Source: Rugamonas sp.
Lineage (GTDB): Bacteria; Pseudomonadota; Gammaproteobacteria; Burkholderiales; Burkholderiaceae_D
Assembly (NCBI RefSeq): GCF_025354735.1
Contig: NZ_JANXMI010000237.1
Coordinates: 3,978-67,977, forward strand
Reading direction: 5' to 3'
Length of the DNA: 64,000 nucleotides
A program made the position numbers and the translations under genes. This document shows positions 56,224 to 64,000 of the stretch, piece after piece. The notes under the pieces are model-generated. The model searched no databases, had not been told where the DNA came from, and worked only from the letters and a program-made list of their open reading frames with translations. Position 1 is the stretch's first letter, and every line of letters begins with the position of its first letter.

Positions 56224-56293
56224 AAATATCAGCCACGACAGCGACGCCAACACTACTCAACTCCGTTCATAATTTTGAGGTTAAAGGTTCTCC

Positions 56294-56722
56294 GTGTTTC
56301 AAGGCGCGTCCGCTCTCAGTCTCGATGCCAAAGGCAGGATGTCTATTCCCGCCAAGCACCGTGACGCGCTCGCCATCCAGTACGAAGGCCGCCTCACGCT
56401 GACCCGCCACCCCGACGGCTGCATCATGCTGTTCCCCCGTCCCGTCTGGGAAAACCACCGCGAACAAATCGCCGCCTGGCCGATGGCCGCGCGCGCCTGG
56501 CAGCGCATCTTCCTCGGCAGCGCCTGCGACGTCGAACTCGACTCGGCCGGCCGCATCCTGATCGCGCCCGAACTGCGCGCCGCCGTCGGCCTGGCGCGCG
56601 ACGCCATGATGCTCGGCATGGGCAGCCACTTTGAAATCTGGGACGCGGCCAAGCTGGCCGAAAAAGAACAGCAGGCTATCGATGCCGGCACCCCCGATGT
56701 GCTTAACAATTTTTCTTTCTAA
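56294..56722 (+). CDS. mraZ: Division/cell wall cluster transcriptional regulator MraZ
   Basis: 142 aa, GTG start. [24 protein letters not shown] and a second SpoVT/AbrB-like repeat, [14 protein letters not shown]. Confidence 0.9.
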   Translation: MFQGASALSLDAKGRMSIPAKHRDALAIQYEGRLTLTRHPDGCIMLFPRPVWENHREQIAAWPMAARAWQRIFLGSACDVELDSAGRILIAPELRAAVGLARDAMMLGMGSHFEIWDAAKLAEKEQQAIDAGTPDVLNNFSF

Positions 56723-56731
56723 GGTTCCGCG

Positions 56732-57697
56732 ATGACGACATTGGCGGTGCCGGAATTTCAGCATCGTACGGTGCTGCTGGACGAGGCGGTCGACGCGCTC
56801 GCGCTGCACGGCGCGCGCGCCGACGGCATCTACGTCGACGGCACTTTCGGCCGCGGCGGGCACAGCCGCCTGATCCTGTCCAGGCTGGGCGCGGCCGCGC
56901 GCCTGGTCGCCTTCGACAAGGACTTGCAGGCCATCGCCACCGCCGAACAGATCGCCGACCCGCGCTTCCAGATCGTCCACGACAGCTTCGCCACGATGAC
57001 CGCCTCGCTCAATGAGCGCGGCATCGGCCAAGTCGACGGCATCCTGCTCGACCTGGGCATCTCGTCGCCGCAGGTGGACGACGCCGCGCGCGGCTTCAGT
57101 TTTCGTAACGACGGTCCGCTCGACATGCGCATGGACACCACGCGCGGCATCTCGGCGGCCGAGTGGATCGCCACTGAAACCGAGCAGACACTGGAAAAGG
57201 TGATAAGAGAATATGGGGAAGAACGGTTTGCTTTTCAGATTGCAAAGGCGATTGCTGCTCGCCGGGCAGTCGAGCCAATTTCAAGCACACGACAGCTTGC
57301 CGCTATCGTGGCAGGGGCGGTCAAGACCCGTGAAAAGGGTAAGGACCCGGCCACCCGTACCTTTCAGGCTATCCGGATTTTCATCAATAAAGAACTTGAA
57401 GACCTTGAGACTGGACTGACGCAAGCCTACGCCAGCCTGGCGCCGGGCGGCATCATCGCCGTCATCAGCTTCCACTCGCTGGAAGACCGCATGGTCAAGC
57501 GCTTCTTCGCGTCGAAGGCGAATGTCGAGCAGCCCGACCGCCGCCTGCCGATCCGCGCCGTCGATCTGCCGCAGCCGGAAATCAAGCTGCTGTCGAAGAT
57601 GAAGCCGTCCGACGCCGAAGTGGCCGCCAACCCGCGTTCGCGTTCGGCGGTCATGCGCGTGGCGCGCCGGCTGCCGTTCCCGGAGGCGGCGCGATGA
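56732..57697 (+). CDS. rsmH: 16S rRNA (cytosine1402-N4)-methyltransferase
   Basis: 321 aa. [48 protein letters not shown]. Confidence 0.9.
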   Translation: MTTLAVPEFQHRTVLLDEAVDALALHGARADGIYVDGTFGRGGHSRLILSRLGAAARLVAFDKDLQAIATAEQIADPRFQIVHDSFATMTASLNERGIGQVDGILLDLGISSPQVDDAARGFSFRNDGPLDMRMDTTRGISAAEWIATETEQTLEKVIREYGEERFAFQIAKAIAARRAVEPISSTRQLAAIVAGAVKTREKGKDPATRTFQAIRIFINKELEDLETGLTQAYASLAPGGIIAVISFHSLEDRMVKRFFASKANVEQPDRRLPIRAVDLPQPEIKLLSKMKPSDAEVAANPRSRSAVMRVARRLPFPEAAR

Positions 57698-58005
57698 GCG
57701 GCAAACTCAATGTGCTGTTGACCGCCTTGCTGGTCGGCTGCGGCCTGTCGCTGGTCAACGCCCAGTACCAGGCGCGCCAGCTGTTCTTTGAACTGGAGCG
57801 CTCGCAGTCGCAGGCGCGCCAGCTCGACATCGAATGGGCGCAGCTGCAGCTGGACCAGTCCACGCTGGGCAAGCATGCGCGCATCGAGGAAATCGCACGG
57901 CGCGACCTGAATATGATTCCGCTGACCGCGACCCGCACCCAGTACCTGTCGCCGGACGCATCGCCATCGCCATCGCCGACACCCGCAGCGGAGGCCGCGC
58001 AATGA
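57694..58005 (+). CDS. ftsL: Cell division protein FtsL
   Basis: 103 aa. Single TM, then coiled coil [32 protein letters not shown]. Overlaps the rsmH stop. Confidence 0.85.
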   Translation: MSGKLNVLLTALLVGCGLSLVNAQYQARQLFFELERSQSQARQLDIEWAQLQLDQSTLGKHARIEEIARRDLNMIPLTATRTQYLSPDASPSPSPTPAAEAAQ

Positions 58006-59777
58006 GCCGTGCGAACAACGCGAACGGCGCGCGCGTGGCCCGCTCCAAAGGCGTGCCGTTCTCGAAGAATCCGGTGCTGGCGGTGCGCCTGCCGGTCTGG
58101 CGTTCGCGCGTCGTGCTGTTCGTGTTGTTCGCCGCCTTCGCCGGCCTCGCCGCGCGCGCCCTGTGGCTGCAAGGCCTGTCGACCCAGTTCCTGCAAAAGC
58201 AGGGCGAGATCCGCTACGCCCGCACGCTCGACCTGCCGGCCACGCGCGGCAAGATCACCGACCGCGATGGCCAGGTGCTGGCGTCGTCGGTGCCGGTCAA
58301 GGCCATCTGGGCGATTCCCGACGACGTGCAGGAAGCACCGCCGGAAAAATTGAAGGCACTGGCCAAGCTGCTCGACATGAGCGACGCCGACCTGAAAAAG
58401 AAGCTGGACTCCGACCGCGGCTTCGTCTACCTGAAACGCCAGGTGGAGCAGGACGTGGCCGACCAGATCACCAGGCTCGATATCGACGGCATCCAGACCC
58501 GCAAGGAATACAAGCGCTTCTACCCGCAGGGCGAAGTGGCGACCCACGTGGTCGGCTTCACCAACGTGGAAGACGCCGGCCAGGAAGCGATGGAACTGGC
58601 GCAGCAAAAAACCCTGGTCGGCGTACCGGGCAGCCGCCGCGTCATCAAGGATCGTCTCGGCCACATCGTCGAAGACCTCGAATCGGTGCGCGAGCCGCAC
58701 GACGGCAAAGACCTGACGCTGTCCATCGACAGCAAAATCCAGTACATCGCCTTCACCCAGCTGAAGGACGCGGTCGAAAAATTCCACGCCAAGGCCGGCG
58801 CCGCCGTGGTGCTCGACGTGCACACCGGCGAAGTGCTGGCGCTGGCCAACTGGCCGTCCTACAACCCGAACGACCGCAGCACGCTGACCGGCGAGCAGCT
58901 GCGCAACCGCGTCATGACCGACACCTTCGAGCCGGGTTCCTCGCTCAAGCCCTTCACCGTCGGCCTGGCGCTGGACACGCATCGCGTCACCCCGTACACC
59001 AAATTCGACACCGGCAACGGCTCCTACACCATCGCCGACAAGACCATCCACGACACCCACGCCCACGGCGTGATCGACGTGCAGGAGATCATCCAGAAGT
59101 CGTCCAACATCGGCACCTCGAAGATCGCGCTGTCGATGCCGTCGCAGGACATGTGGGAGATGTTCACCAAGGTCGGCCTCGGCCAGCAGCCCAAGTGGGG
59201 CTTCCCCGGCGCCGTCGCCGGCCGCGTGCGTCCGTATAAATCGTGGCGTCCCATCGAGCAGGCCAACATGAGCTTCGGCCAGGGCATCTCGGTGTCGCTG
59301 ATCCAGCTGGCGCGCGCCTACATGATCTACGCCCGCAACGGCGACATCATTCCGCTGTCGTTCAAGAAGCTGTCGGAGCCGCCGGTCGGCACCCAGATCG
59401 TCAGCGCCAAGACCGCCGCCGAAATGCGCGACATGCTGGAGATGGTGGTGCTGCCGGGCGGCACCGCCGTCAAGGCGCAAGTGCCCGGCTACCGCGCCGG
59501 CGGCAAGACCGGCACCGCGCAAAAAGTCATCAACGGCCGCTATTCCCAGTCCAAATATATCGGTAACTTCGTCGGCATGGTGCCGATGTCGAATCCGCGC
59601 TTCATCATCGCCGTCATGATCGACGAGCCGGGCGGCCCGGTGCACGTCGGCGGCGACGTCGCCGGTCCGGCGTTTTCGGCGGTGGCCTCGAACGTGCTGC
59701 GCGCGAAAAACGTCACGCCCGATTCGACCGTGACCCAAATTATCATTCCTGAGAATTCCGAACAGGAGACCCCATGA
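58002..59777 (+). CDS. ftsI: Peptidoglycan D,D-transpeptidase FtsI (PBP3)
   Basis: 591 aa from ATG 58002, overlapping the ftsL stop. RGKITDRDG, FEPGSSLKPF (SxxK), SSN, KTGTA. Confidence 0.9.
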   Translation: MSRANNANGARVARSKGVPFSKNPVLAVRLPVWRSRVVLFVLFAAFAGLAARALWLQGLSTQFLQKQGEIRYARTLDLPATRGKITDRDGQVLASSVPVKAIWAIPDDVQEAPPEKLKALAKLLDMSDADLKKKLDSDRGFVYLKRQVEQDVADQITRLDIDGIQTRKEYKRFYPQGEVATHVVGFTNVEDAGQEAMELAQQKTLVGVPGSRRVIKDRLGHIVEDLESVREPHDGKDLTLSIDSKIQYIAFTQLKDAVEKFHAKAGAAVVLDVHTGEVLALANWPSYNPNDRSTLTGEQLRNRVMTDTFEPGSSLKPFTVGLALDTHRVTPYTKFDTGNGSYTIADKTIHDTHAHGVIDVQEIIQKSSNIGTSKIALSMPSQDMWEMFTKVGLGQQPKWGFPGAVAGRVRPYKSWRPIEQANMSFGQGISVSLIQLARAYMIYARNGDIIPLSFKKLSEPPVGTQIVSAKTAAEMRDMLEMVVLPGGTAVKAQVPGYRAGGKTGTAQKVINGRYSQSKYIGNFVGMVPMSNPRFIIAVMIDEPGGPVHVGGDVAGPAFSAVASNVLRAKNVTPDSTVTQIIIPENSEQETP

Positions 59778-61336
59778 CGCTTATCTCCTTCGACCCGCAG
59801 GCGATCGCCGGTGCGATCAGGCAGCTGGCGCCGAACGCGCAGCTGGCGTCGGACTCGCGCCGGGTCCAGCCGGGCGATGTGTTCTTCGCCTACGCCGCCG
59901 ACGGCGCTGCTAATGCCGTCGATGGCCGCGCCTTTATCGAAGCGGCCGTCCAGCAGGGCGCGGCCGTGGTGGTGTACGACCCCGCCGGCTACGCCTGGAA
60001 CCCGGCATGGACCGTGCCGCATATCGACGTGGCGCGGCTCAAAGAGCAGGCCGGCCCGATCGCGCACGCCTTCTACAATCAGCCCGACAGCGCCATGTTC
60101 AGCGTCGGCGTCACCGGCACCAACGGCAAGACCTCCAGCGCCGTATGGCTGGGCTCCGCGCTGTCGCGCTGCGGCCAGCCGGCGGCCGTCATCGGCACGC
60201 TGGGCGTGGGCCTGTTCAAGGCGCGCGGCGACGTGGCCTACGACGTCACCGGCTACACCACGCCGGACGCGGTGCTGCTGGCGCGCACGCTGGCCGCCTC
60301 GCGCGACGCCGGCGCCGCCTCGCTGGCGATCGAAGTGTCGTCGCACGCGCTCGAGCAGGGCCGCGTCGCCGGCATGCACTTCGACGTCGCGCTGTTCACC
60401 AATTTGACGCGCGACCATCTCGACTACCACGGCAGCATGGCCGCCTACGAAGCGGCCAAGACCAGATTGTTCGACTGGCCCGGCCTGAAAACGGCCGTCA
60501 TCAACCTCGACGACGCGATGGGCCTGCGCCTGGTCGCGCACGTGGCGGGCAAATTGAGCGGCGCGATGCCGGTGATCGGCTACACGCTGGCCGACGCCGC
60601 GACCCGGCCCGACATCGCCGGCGTGACGATGCTGCGCGCCAGCCAGTTGCGCAGCAGCCGCGGCGCCGGCACCGAATTCCACCTGGAGTCGCCGCTCGGC
60701 GCGGCGCAGGTCAAGACGCGGCTGGTCGGCCACTTCAACATCAGCAACGCGCTAGGCGTGATGGGCGCGCTGCTGGCCAAGGGCATGACGCTGCGCGCCG
60801 CCATCGACGCCATCGAAGCGCTGCTGCCGGCGCCGGGCCGCATGCAGCAGGTCGGCGGCCAGGACGCGCCGATGATCGTCATCGACTACGCGCACACGCC
60901 GGACGCGCTGGAAAAAACCCTGGCCGCGCTGCGCCCCGTGGCGCAGGATCGCGGCGGCCAGTTGTGGTGCGTGTTCGGCTGCGGCGGCGACCGCGATCCG
61001 GGCAAGCGCCCGCAGATGGGCGCCATCGCGCAGCTGGCCGACCACGTCGTCGTCACCAGCGACAATCCGCGCAGCGAAGATCCGCAGGCCATCATCGACC
61101 AAATCGTCGCCGGCATGGACGCGGCGCACCCGTCGTCGGTGCTGCAAACGATAGAAAACCGCGCCGCCGCGATCCTGTCGGCCATCAAGCACGCCGCCAA
61201 GCCGGACGTGATCCTGCTGGCCGGTAAGGGCCACGAGCCGTATCAGGAAATCAAGGGCAAGAGGCTGCCGTTCTCCGACACCGACCACGCGCAGCTGGCG
61301 TTGTCGGCCCGCCTGACGATGATGAGGACGAATTGA
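59774..61336 (+). CDS. murE: UDP-N-acetylmuramoyl-L-alanyl-D-glutamate--2,6-diaminopimelate ligase
   Basis: 520 aa. GVTGTNGKTS, TTPDAV, DYAHTPDALEK, and DNPR (the meso-DAP specificity motif). Confidence 0.9.
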   Translation: MTLISFDPQAIAGAIRQLAPNAQLASDSRRVQPGDVFFAYAADGAANAVDGRAFIEAAVQQGAAVVVYDPAGYAWNPAWTVPHIDVARLKEQAGPIAHAFYNQPDSAMFSVGVTGTNGKTSSAVWLGSALSRCGQPAAVIGTLGVGLFKARGDVAYDVTGYTTPDAVLLARTLAASRDAGAASLAIEVSSHALEQGRVAGMHFDVALFTNLTRDHLDYHGSMAAYEAAKTRLFDWPGLKTAVINLDDAMGLRLVAHVAGKLSGAMPVIGYTLADAATRPDIAGVTMLRASQLRSSRGAGTEFHLESPLGAAQVKTRLVGHFNISNALGVMGALLAKGMTLRAAIDAIEALLPAPGRMQQVGGQDAPMIVIDYAHTPDALEKTLAALRPVAQDRGGQLWCVFGCGGDRDPGKRPQMGAIAQLADHVVVTSDNPRSEDPQAIIDQIVAGMDAAHPSSVLQTIENRAAAILSAIKHAAKPDVILLAGKGHEPYQEIKGKRLPFSDTDHAQLALSARLTMMRTN

Positions 61337-62724
61337 TGCGCGCTGTACTCGCACAGATCCTGTCGTCGCTGGACGGCGCGGTACTGCACAACGCGGTGGA
61401 CGACGATATCGCCTTCAGCGGCGTGTCGACCGACAGCCGCAGCGTGGCCGCCGGCGCGCTGTTCGTCGCGCTGCGCGGCGACGTGTTCGACGCCCACAGC
61501 TTCCTGCTGCAGGTGGCGCAGCGCGGCGTCGTCGCCGTCGTCGTCGAAGAACTGCCGGCCGGCTGGACGCTGCCGGCCATCGTCGTGCCGAACACCTTGG
61601 TGGCGCTGGGGCAGATCGCCAATTACTGGCGCCGCCAGTTCGCGCTGCCGGTCATCGGCGTCACCGGCAGCAACGGCAAGACCACGGTCAAGGAAATGAT
61701 CGCCTCGATACTGGCCGCCGCGTATGGCGACCAAGGCCGGCTCGCCACGCGTGGCAACCTGAATAATGAAATCGGCGTTCCGCTGACGCTGTTGCGCATG
61801 GACGCCGCGCAGCGTGCGGCCGTGATTGAACTGGGCATGAACCATCCCGGCGAAATCGCGCGCCTGAGCGCCATCGCCATGCCGACCGTCGCCATGGTCA
61901 ACAACGCCCAGCGCGAGCACCAGGAATTCATGCACACCGTGGAAGCGGTCGCCCGTGAAAACGGCGCCGTGCTGCAAAGCCTGGCCGCCGACGGCATCGC
62001 CGTGTTCCCGCATGACGACGAGTTCTCGCCGCTGTGGCGCGAGTTGAGCGCCGGCCGCGCCGTCGTCAGCTTCGGGCTGGGCGCGGGCGCGGACGTCGGC
62101 TGCACTTACCTCGCCGGCGATTTCGGCAGCGACCTGGCCGTCACCATCGGCCCGCAAGCGGCGCCGGTGCGATTCGACGTCGCGCTGCAAGCGGCCGGTG
62201 AGCACAACGTGCGCAACGCGCTGGCCGCCATCGCCTGTACCTACGCGGCCGGCGTGCCGGTCGACGCGATCAGGATCGGACTCGATGCGTTCGCGCCGGT
62301 CAGCGGCCGCCTGCAAAAAAAGGCCGCCGCCAATGGCGCCGTCGTCATCGACGACAGCTACAACGCCAATCCCGATTCCGTGCGCGCCGCCATCGACGTG
62401 CTGGCGAAAGCGGCGCCGCCGCGCGTGCTGGTGCTGGGCGACATGGGCGAAGTGGGCACCCAGGGCCGCGAGTTCCACCAGGAGATAGGCGCATATGCGC
62501 AAAGCAAAGGCATCGAACAGGTGCTGGTAACCGGTGAATTGGCGCGCCATATGAACGGCGCATCGATACATCATTTTGAACAGTTCGACGCTTTGCTGGC
62601 CGCCGTCGACGCGGCCGTCACGTCGACAGCAACCGTATTAATCAAGGGCTCCCGTTTCATGAAGATGGAACGGGTCGTGCAGCATTTGATTGGATTGCAA
62701 CAAGCTAACAAGGAAAGTCACTAA
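61333..62724 (+). CDS. murF: UDP-N-acetylmuramoyl-tripeptide--D-alanyl-D-alanine ligase
   Basis: 463 aa. [37 protein letters not shown]. Confidence 0.9.
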   Translation: MMRAVLAQILSSLDGAVLHNAVDDDIAFSGVSTDSRSVAAGALFVALRGDVFDAHSFLLQVAQRGVVAVVVEELPAGWTLPAIVVPNTLVALGQIANYWRRQFALPVIGVTGSNGKTTVKEMIASILAAAYGDQGRLATRGNLNNEIGVPLTLLRMDAAQRAAVIELGMNHPGEIARLSAIAMPTVAMVNNAQREHQEFMHTVEAVARENGAVLQSLAADGIAVFPHDDEFSPLWRELSAGRAVVSFGLGAGADVGCTYLAGDFGSDLAVTIGPQAAPVRFDVALQAAGEHNVRNALAAIACTYAAGVPVDAIRIGLDAFAPVSGRLQKKAAANGAVVIDDSYNANPDSVRAAIDVLAKAAPPRVLVLGDMGEVGTQGREFHQEIGAYAQSKGIEQVLVTGELARHMNGASIHHFEQFDALLAAVDAAVTSTATVLIKGSRFMKMERVVQHLIGLQQANKESH

Positions 62725-62726
62725 TC

Positions 62727-63896
62727 ATGCTGCTCTGGCTCGCACAATATTTTCAACAAGACCTCGGACCCCTGCGGGTCTTTAACTTCATCACCTTCCG
62801 CGCCGTCTTCGCGACGATCACCGCGCTGACCATCGGCCTGGCCGCCGGTCCGGCCGTGATCCGCAAGCTGACCGCGATGAAGTACGGCCAGGCCGTGCGC
62901 ACCGACGGTCCGCAGACCCATTTGAAAAAACACGGCACGCCCACCATGGGCGGCGTGCTGCTGCTCATTTCCATCGGCGTCTCGACGCTGCTGTGGTGCG
63001 ACCTGTCGAACCGTTTGATCTGGCCGGTGCTGGTGGTGACAATCGGCTTCGGCGCCGTCGGCTGGGTCGACGACTACCGCAAGGTGGTGCGCCAGGATCC
63101 GCAGGGCATGCGCTCGGCCGAAAAATACTTCTGGCAGTCGCTGGTCGGCATCTCGGCCGCGCTCTACCTGGCGTTCTCGGTGTCGGCGCCGAATGCGGCC
63201 AAGGTGTTCGAGTTGTTCTTCGAGTGGGTGCGCTCGGGCTTCTCGATGGACCTGCCGCCCAAGGCCGACCTGATCGTCCCCTTCTTCAAGACCATCAGCT
63301 ATCCGGTCGGCGTGTGGGGCTTCATCGCATTGACGTACTGCGTCATCGTCGGCACCAGCAACGCCGTCAACTTCACCGACGGCCTCGATGGCCTGGCCAT
63401 CATGCCGACGATTATGGTCGGCTCGGCGCTCGGCCTGTTCGCCTACCTGACCGGCAGCGCCACCTATTCGCGCTACCTGTTCATCCCGCACATTCCCGGC
63501 GCGGGCGAACTGATTATTTTCTGTGGCGCGCTGGCCGGCGCCGGCCTGGCCTTCCTGTGGTTTAACACCCACCCGGCGCAAGTGTTCATGGGCGACGTCG
63601 GCGCGCTGGCGCTGGGCGGCGCGCTCGGCACCATCGCCGTCATCGTGCGCCAGGAAATCGTCCTGTTCATCATGGGCGGCATCTTCGTCGCCGAAACGGT
63701 GTCGGTGATTATCCAGGTGGGCTGGTTCAAGTTCACGAAGAAGCGCTTCGGCGTCGGCCGCCGGGTGTTCCTGATGGCGCCCCTGCACCACCATTTTGAA
63801 CAAAAGGGCTGGAAAGAGACGCAGGTCGTGGTCCGCTTCTGGATCGTGACGATGATGCTGGTGCTCGTTGGCCTCTCCACTTTGAAACTGCGCTGA
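62727..63896 (+). CDS. mraY: Phospho-N-acetylmuramoyl-pentapeptide transferase
   Basis: 389 aa. [44 protein letters not shown]. Confidence 0.95.
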   Translation: MLLWLAQYFQQDLGPLRVFNFITFRAVFATITALTIGLAAGPAVIRKLTAMKYGQAVRTDGPQTHLKKHGTPTMGGVLLLISIGVSTLLWCDLSNRLIWPVLVVTIGFGAVGWVDDYRKVVRQDPQGMRSAEKYFWQSLVGISAALYLAFSVSAPNAAKVFELFFEWVRSGFSMDLPPKADLIVPFFKTISYPVGVWGFIALTYCVIVGTSNAVNFTDGLDGLAIMPTIMVGSALGLFAYLTGSATYSRYLFIPHIPGAGELIIFCGALAGAGLAFLWFNTHPAQVFMGDVGALALGGALGTIAVIVRQEIVLFIMGGIFVAETVSVIIQVGWFKFTKKRFGVGRRVFLMAPLHHHFEQKGWKETQVVVRFWIVTMMLVLVGLSTLKLR

Positions 63897-64000
63897 TGAT
63901 CTACGACGGCAAAAACGCGCTGGTATTGGGACTGGGAGAATCCGGTCTCGCGATGGCGCTGTGGCTCGCCCGCGGCTGCCCGCGCGTGCGCGTCGCCGAC
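63896..64000 (+). CDS. murD: UDP-N-acetylmuramoylalanine--D-glutamate ligase, 5' end only
   Basis: My translation from ATG 63896 (which shares an A with the mraY TGA): [35 protein letters not shown], the Rossmann-like MurD N-terminus. Runs off the window. Confidence 0.75.
   Translation, partial: MIYDGKNALVLGLGESGLAMALWLARGCPRVRVAD

Noticed and set aside
55837-56260. ORFs 55837..56058 (+) and 56063..56260 (-) in the mraZ leader
   Set aside because: They are AT-rich with atypical codon usage for this genome and no motifs. The second overlaps the phased MraZ-box array.
57651-59738. 695-aa minus-strand ORF opposite ftsL and ftsI
   Set aside because: It is an antisense shadow of the PBP3 gene, which has the SxxK, SxN and KTG motifs on the plus strand.

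Overview
By eye this is a high-GC chromosomal core segment. Gene content and synteny suggest a betaproteobacterium, possibly Oxalobacteraceae/Burkholderiales-like, but that is inference with no database check. All protein calls come from motifs I recognise in the supplied translations or in my own reverse-strand reading.

In order, the window contains:
- a 3'-truncated GGDEF-EAL sensor
- two tandem paralogous mini-lipoproteins and a His/Asp-rich RcnB-like protein
- gpx-pilU-pilT, divergent from yggS-proC-HiPIP
- a DUF883 protein, ubiA, oxyR, a third PilT/PilU-like ATPase, hldC, trmL, comF and a bioC-like gene
- a complete aa3-type cytochrome c oxidase biogenesis cluster (coxB, ctaD, micro-ORF, ctaG, DUF2970, coxC, DUF2909, SURF1, a divergent Sco-like gene, ctaA, ctaB, Sco)
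- a CNNM/TlyC protein, an HDOD protein, an AhpD-like protein, a TonB-dependent receptor and a second signal peptidase I
- an apparently frameshifted P450 and a small RHH-like ORF
- rpoH and ftsYEX
- a MerR plus B12-binding (CarH/LitR-type) regulator, divergent from a translationally coupled eight-gene lipid-modification operon (amine-oxidase-like, DUF1365, CFA-synthase-like, chalcone-isomerase-like, MFS, DUF3833 lipoprotein, SDR, NTF2-like)
- a TauD-like dioxygenase
- an orphan cheW-mcp pair and a porin, both flanked by long AT-rich spacers
- a TPP enzyme, RNase P RNA and glpK
- a Phd antitoxin with a decayed ParE-like toxin
- the start of the dcw cluster (mraZ, rsmH, ftsL, ftsI, murE, murF, mraY, and the 5' end of murD)

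I saw no CRISPR array, transposase, integrase, rRNA or tRNA.

The most interesting candidate is the putative light/cobalamin-sensing regulator paired with the furan-fatty-acid-like operon, about half of whose genes have no assigned role. Second is the duplicated Cys/His-motif mini-lipoprotein pair next to the His-rich RcnB-like protein.

Many long ORFs in the track are antisense shadow ORFs typical of GC-rich DNA, and I rejected them.
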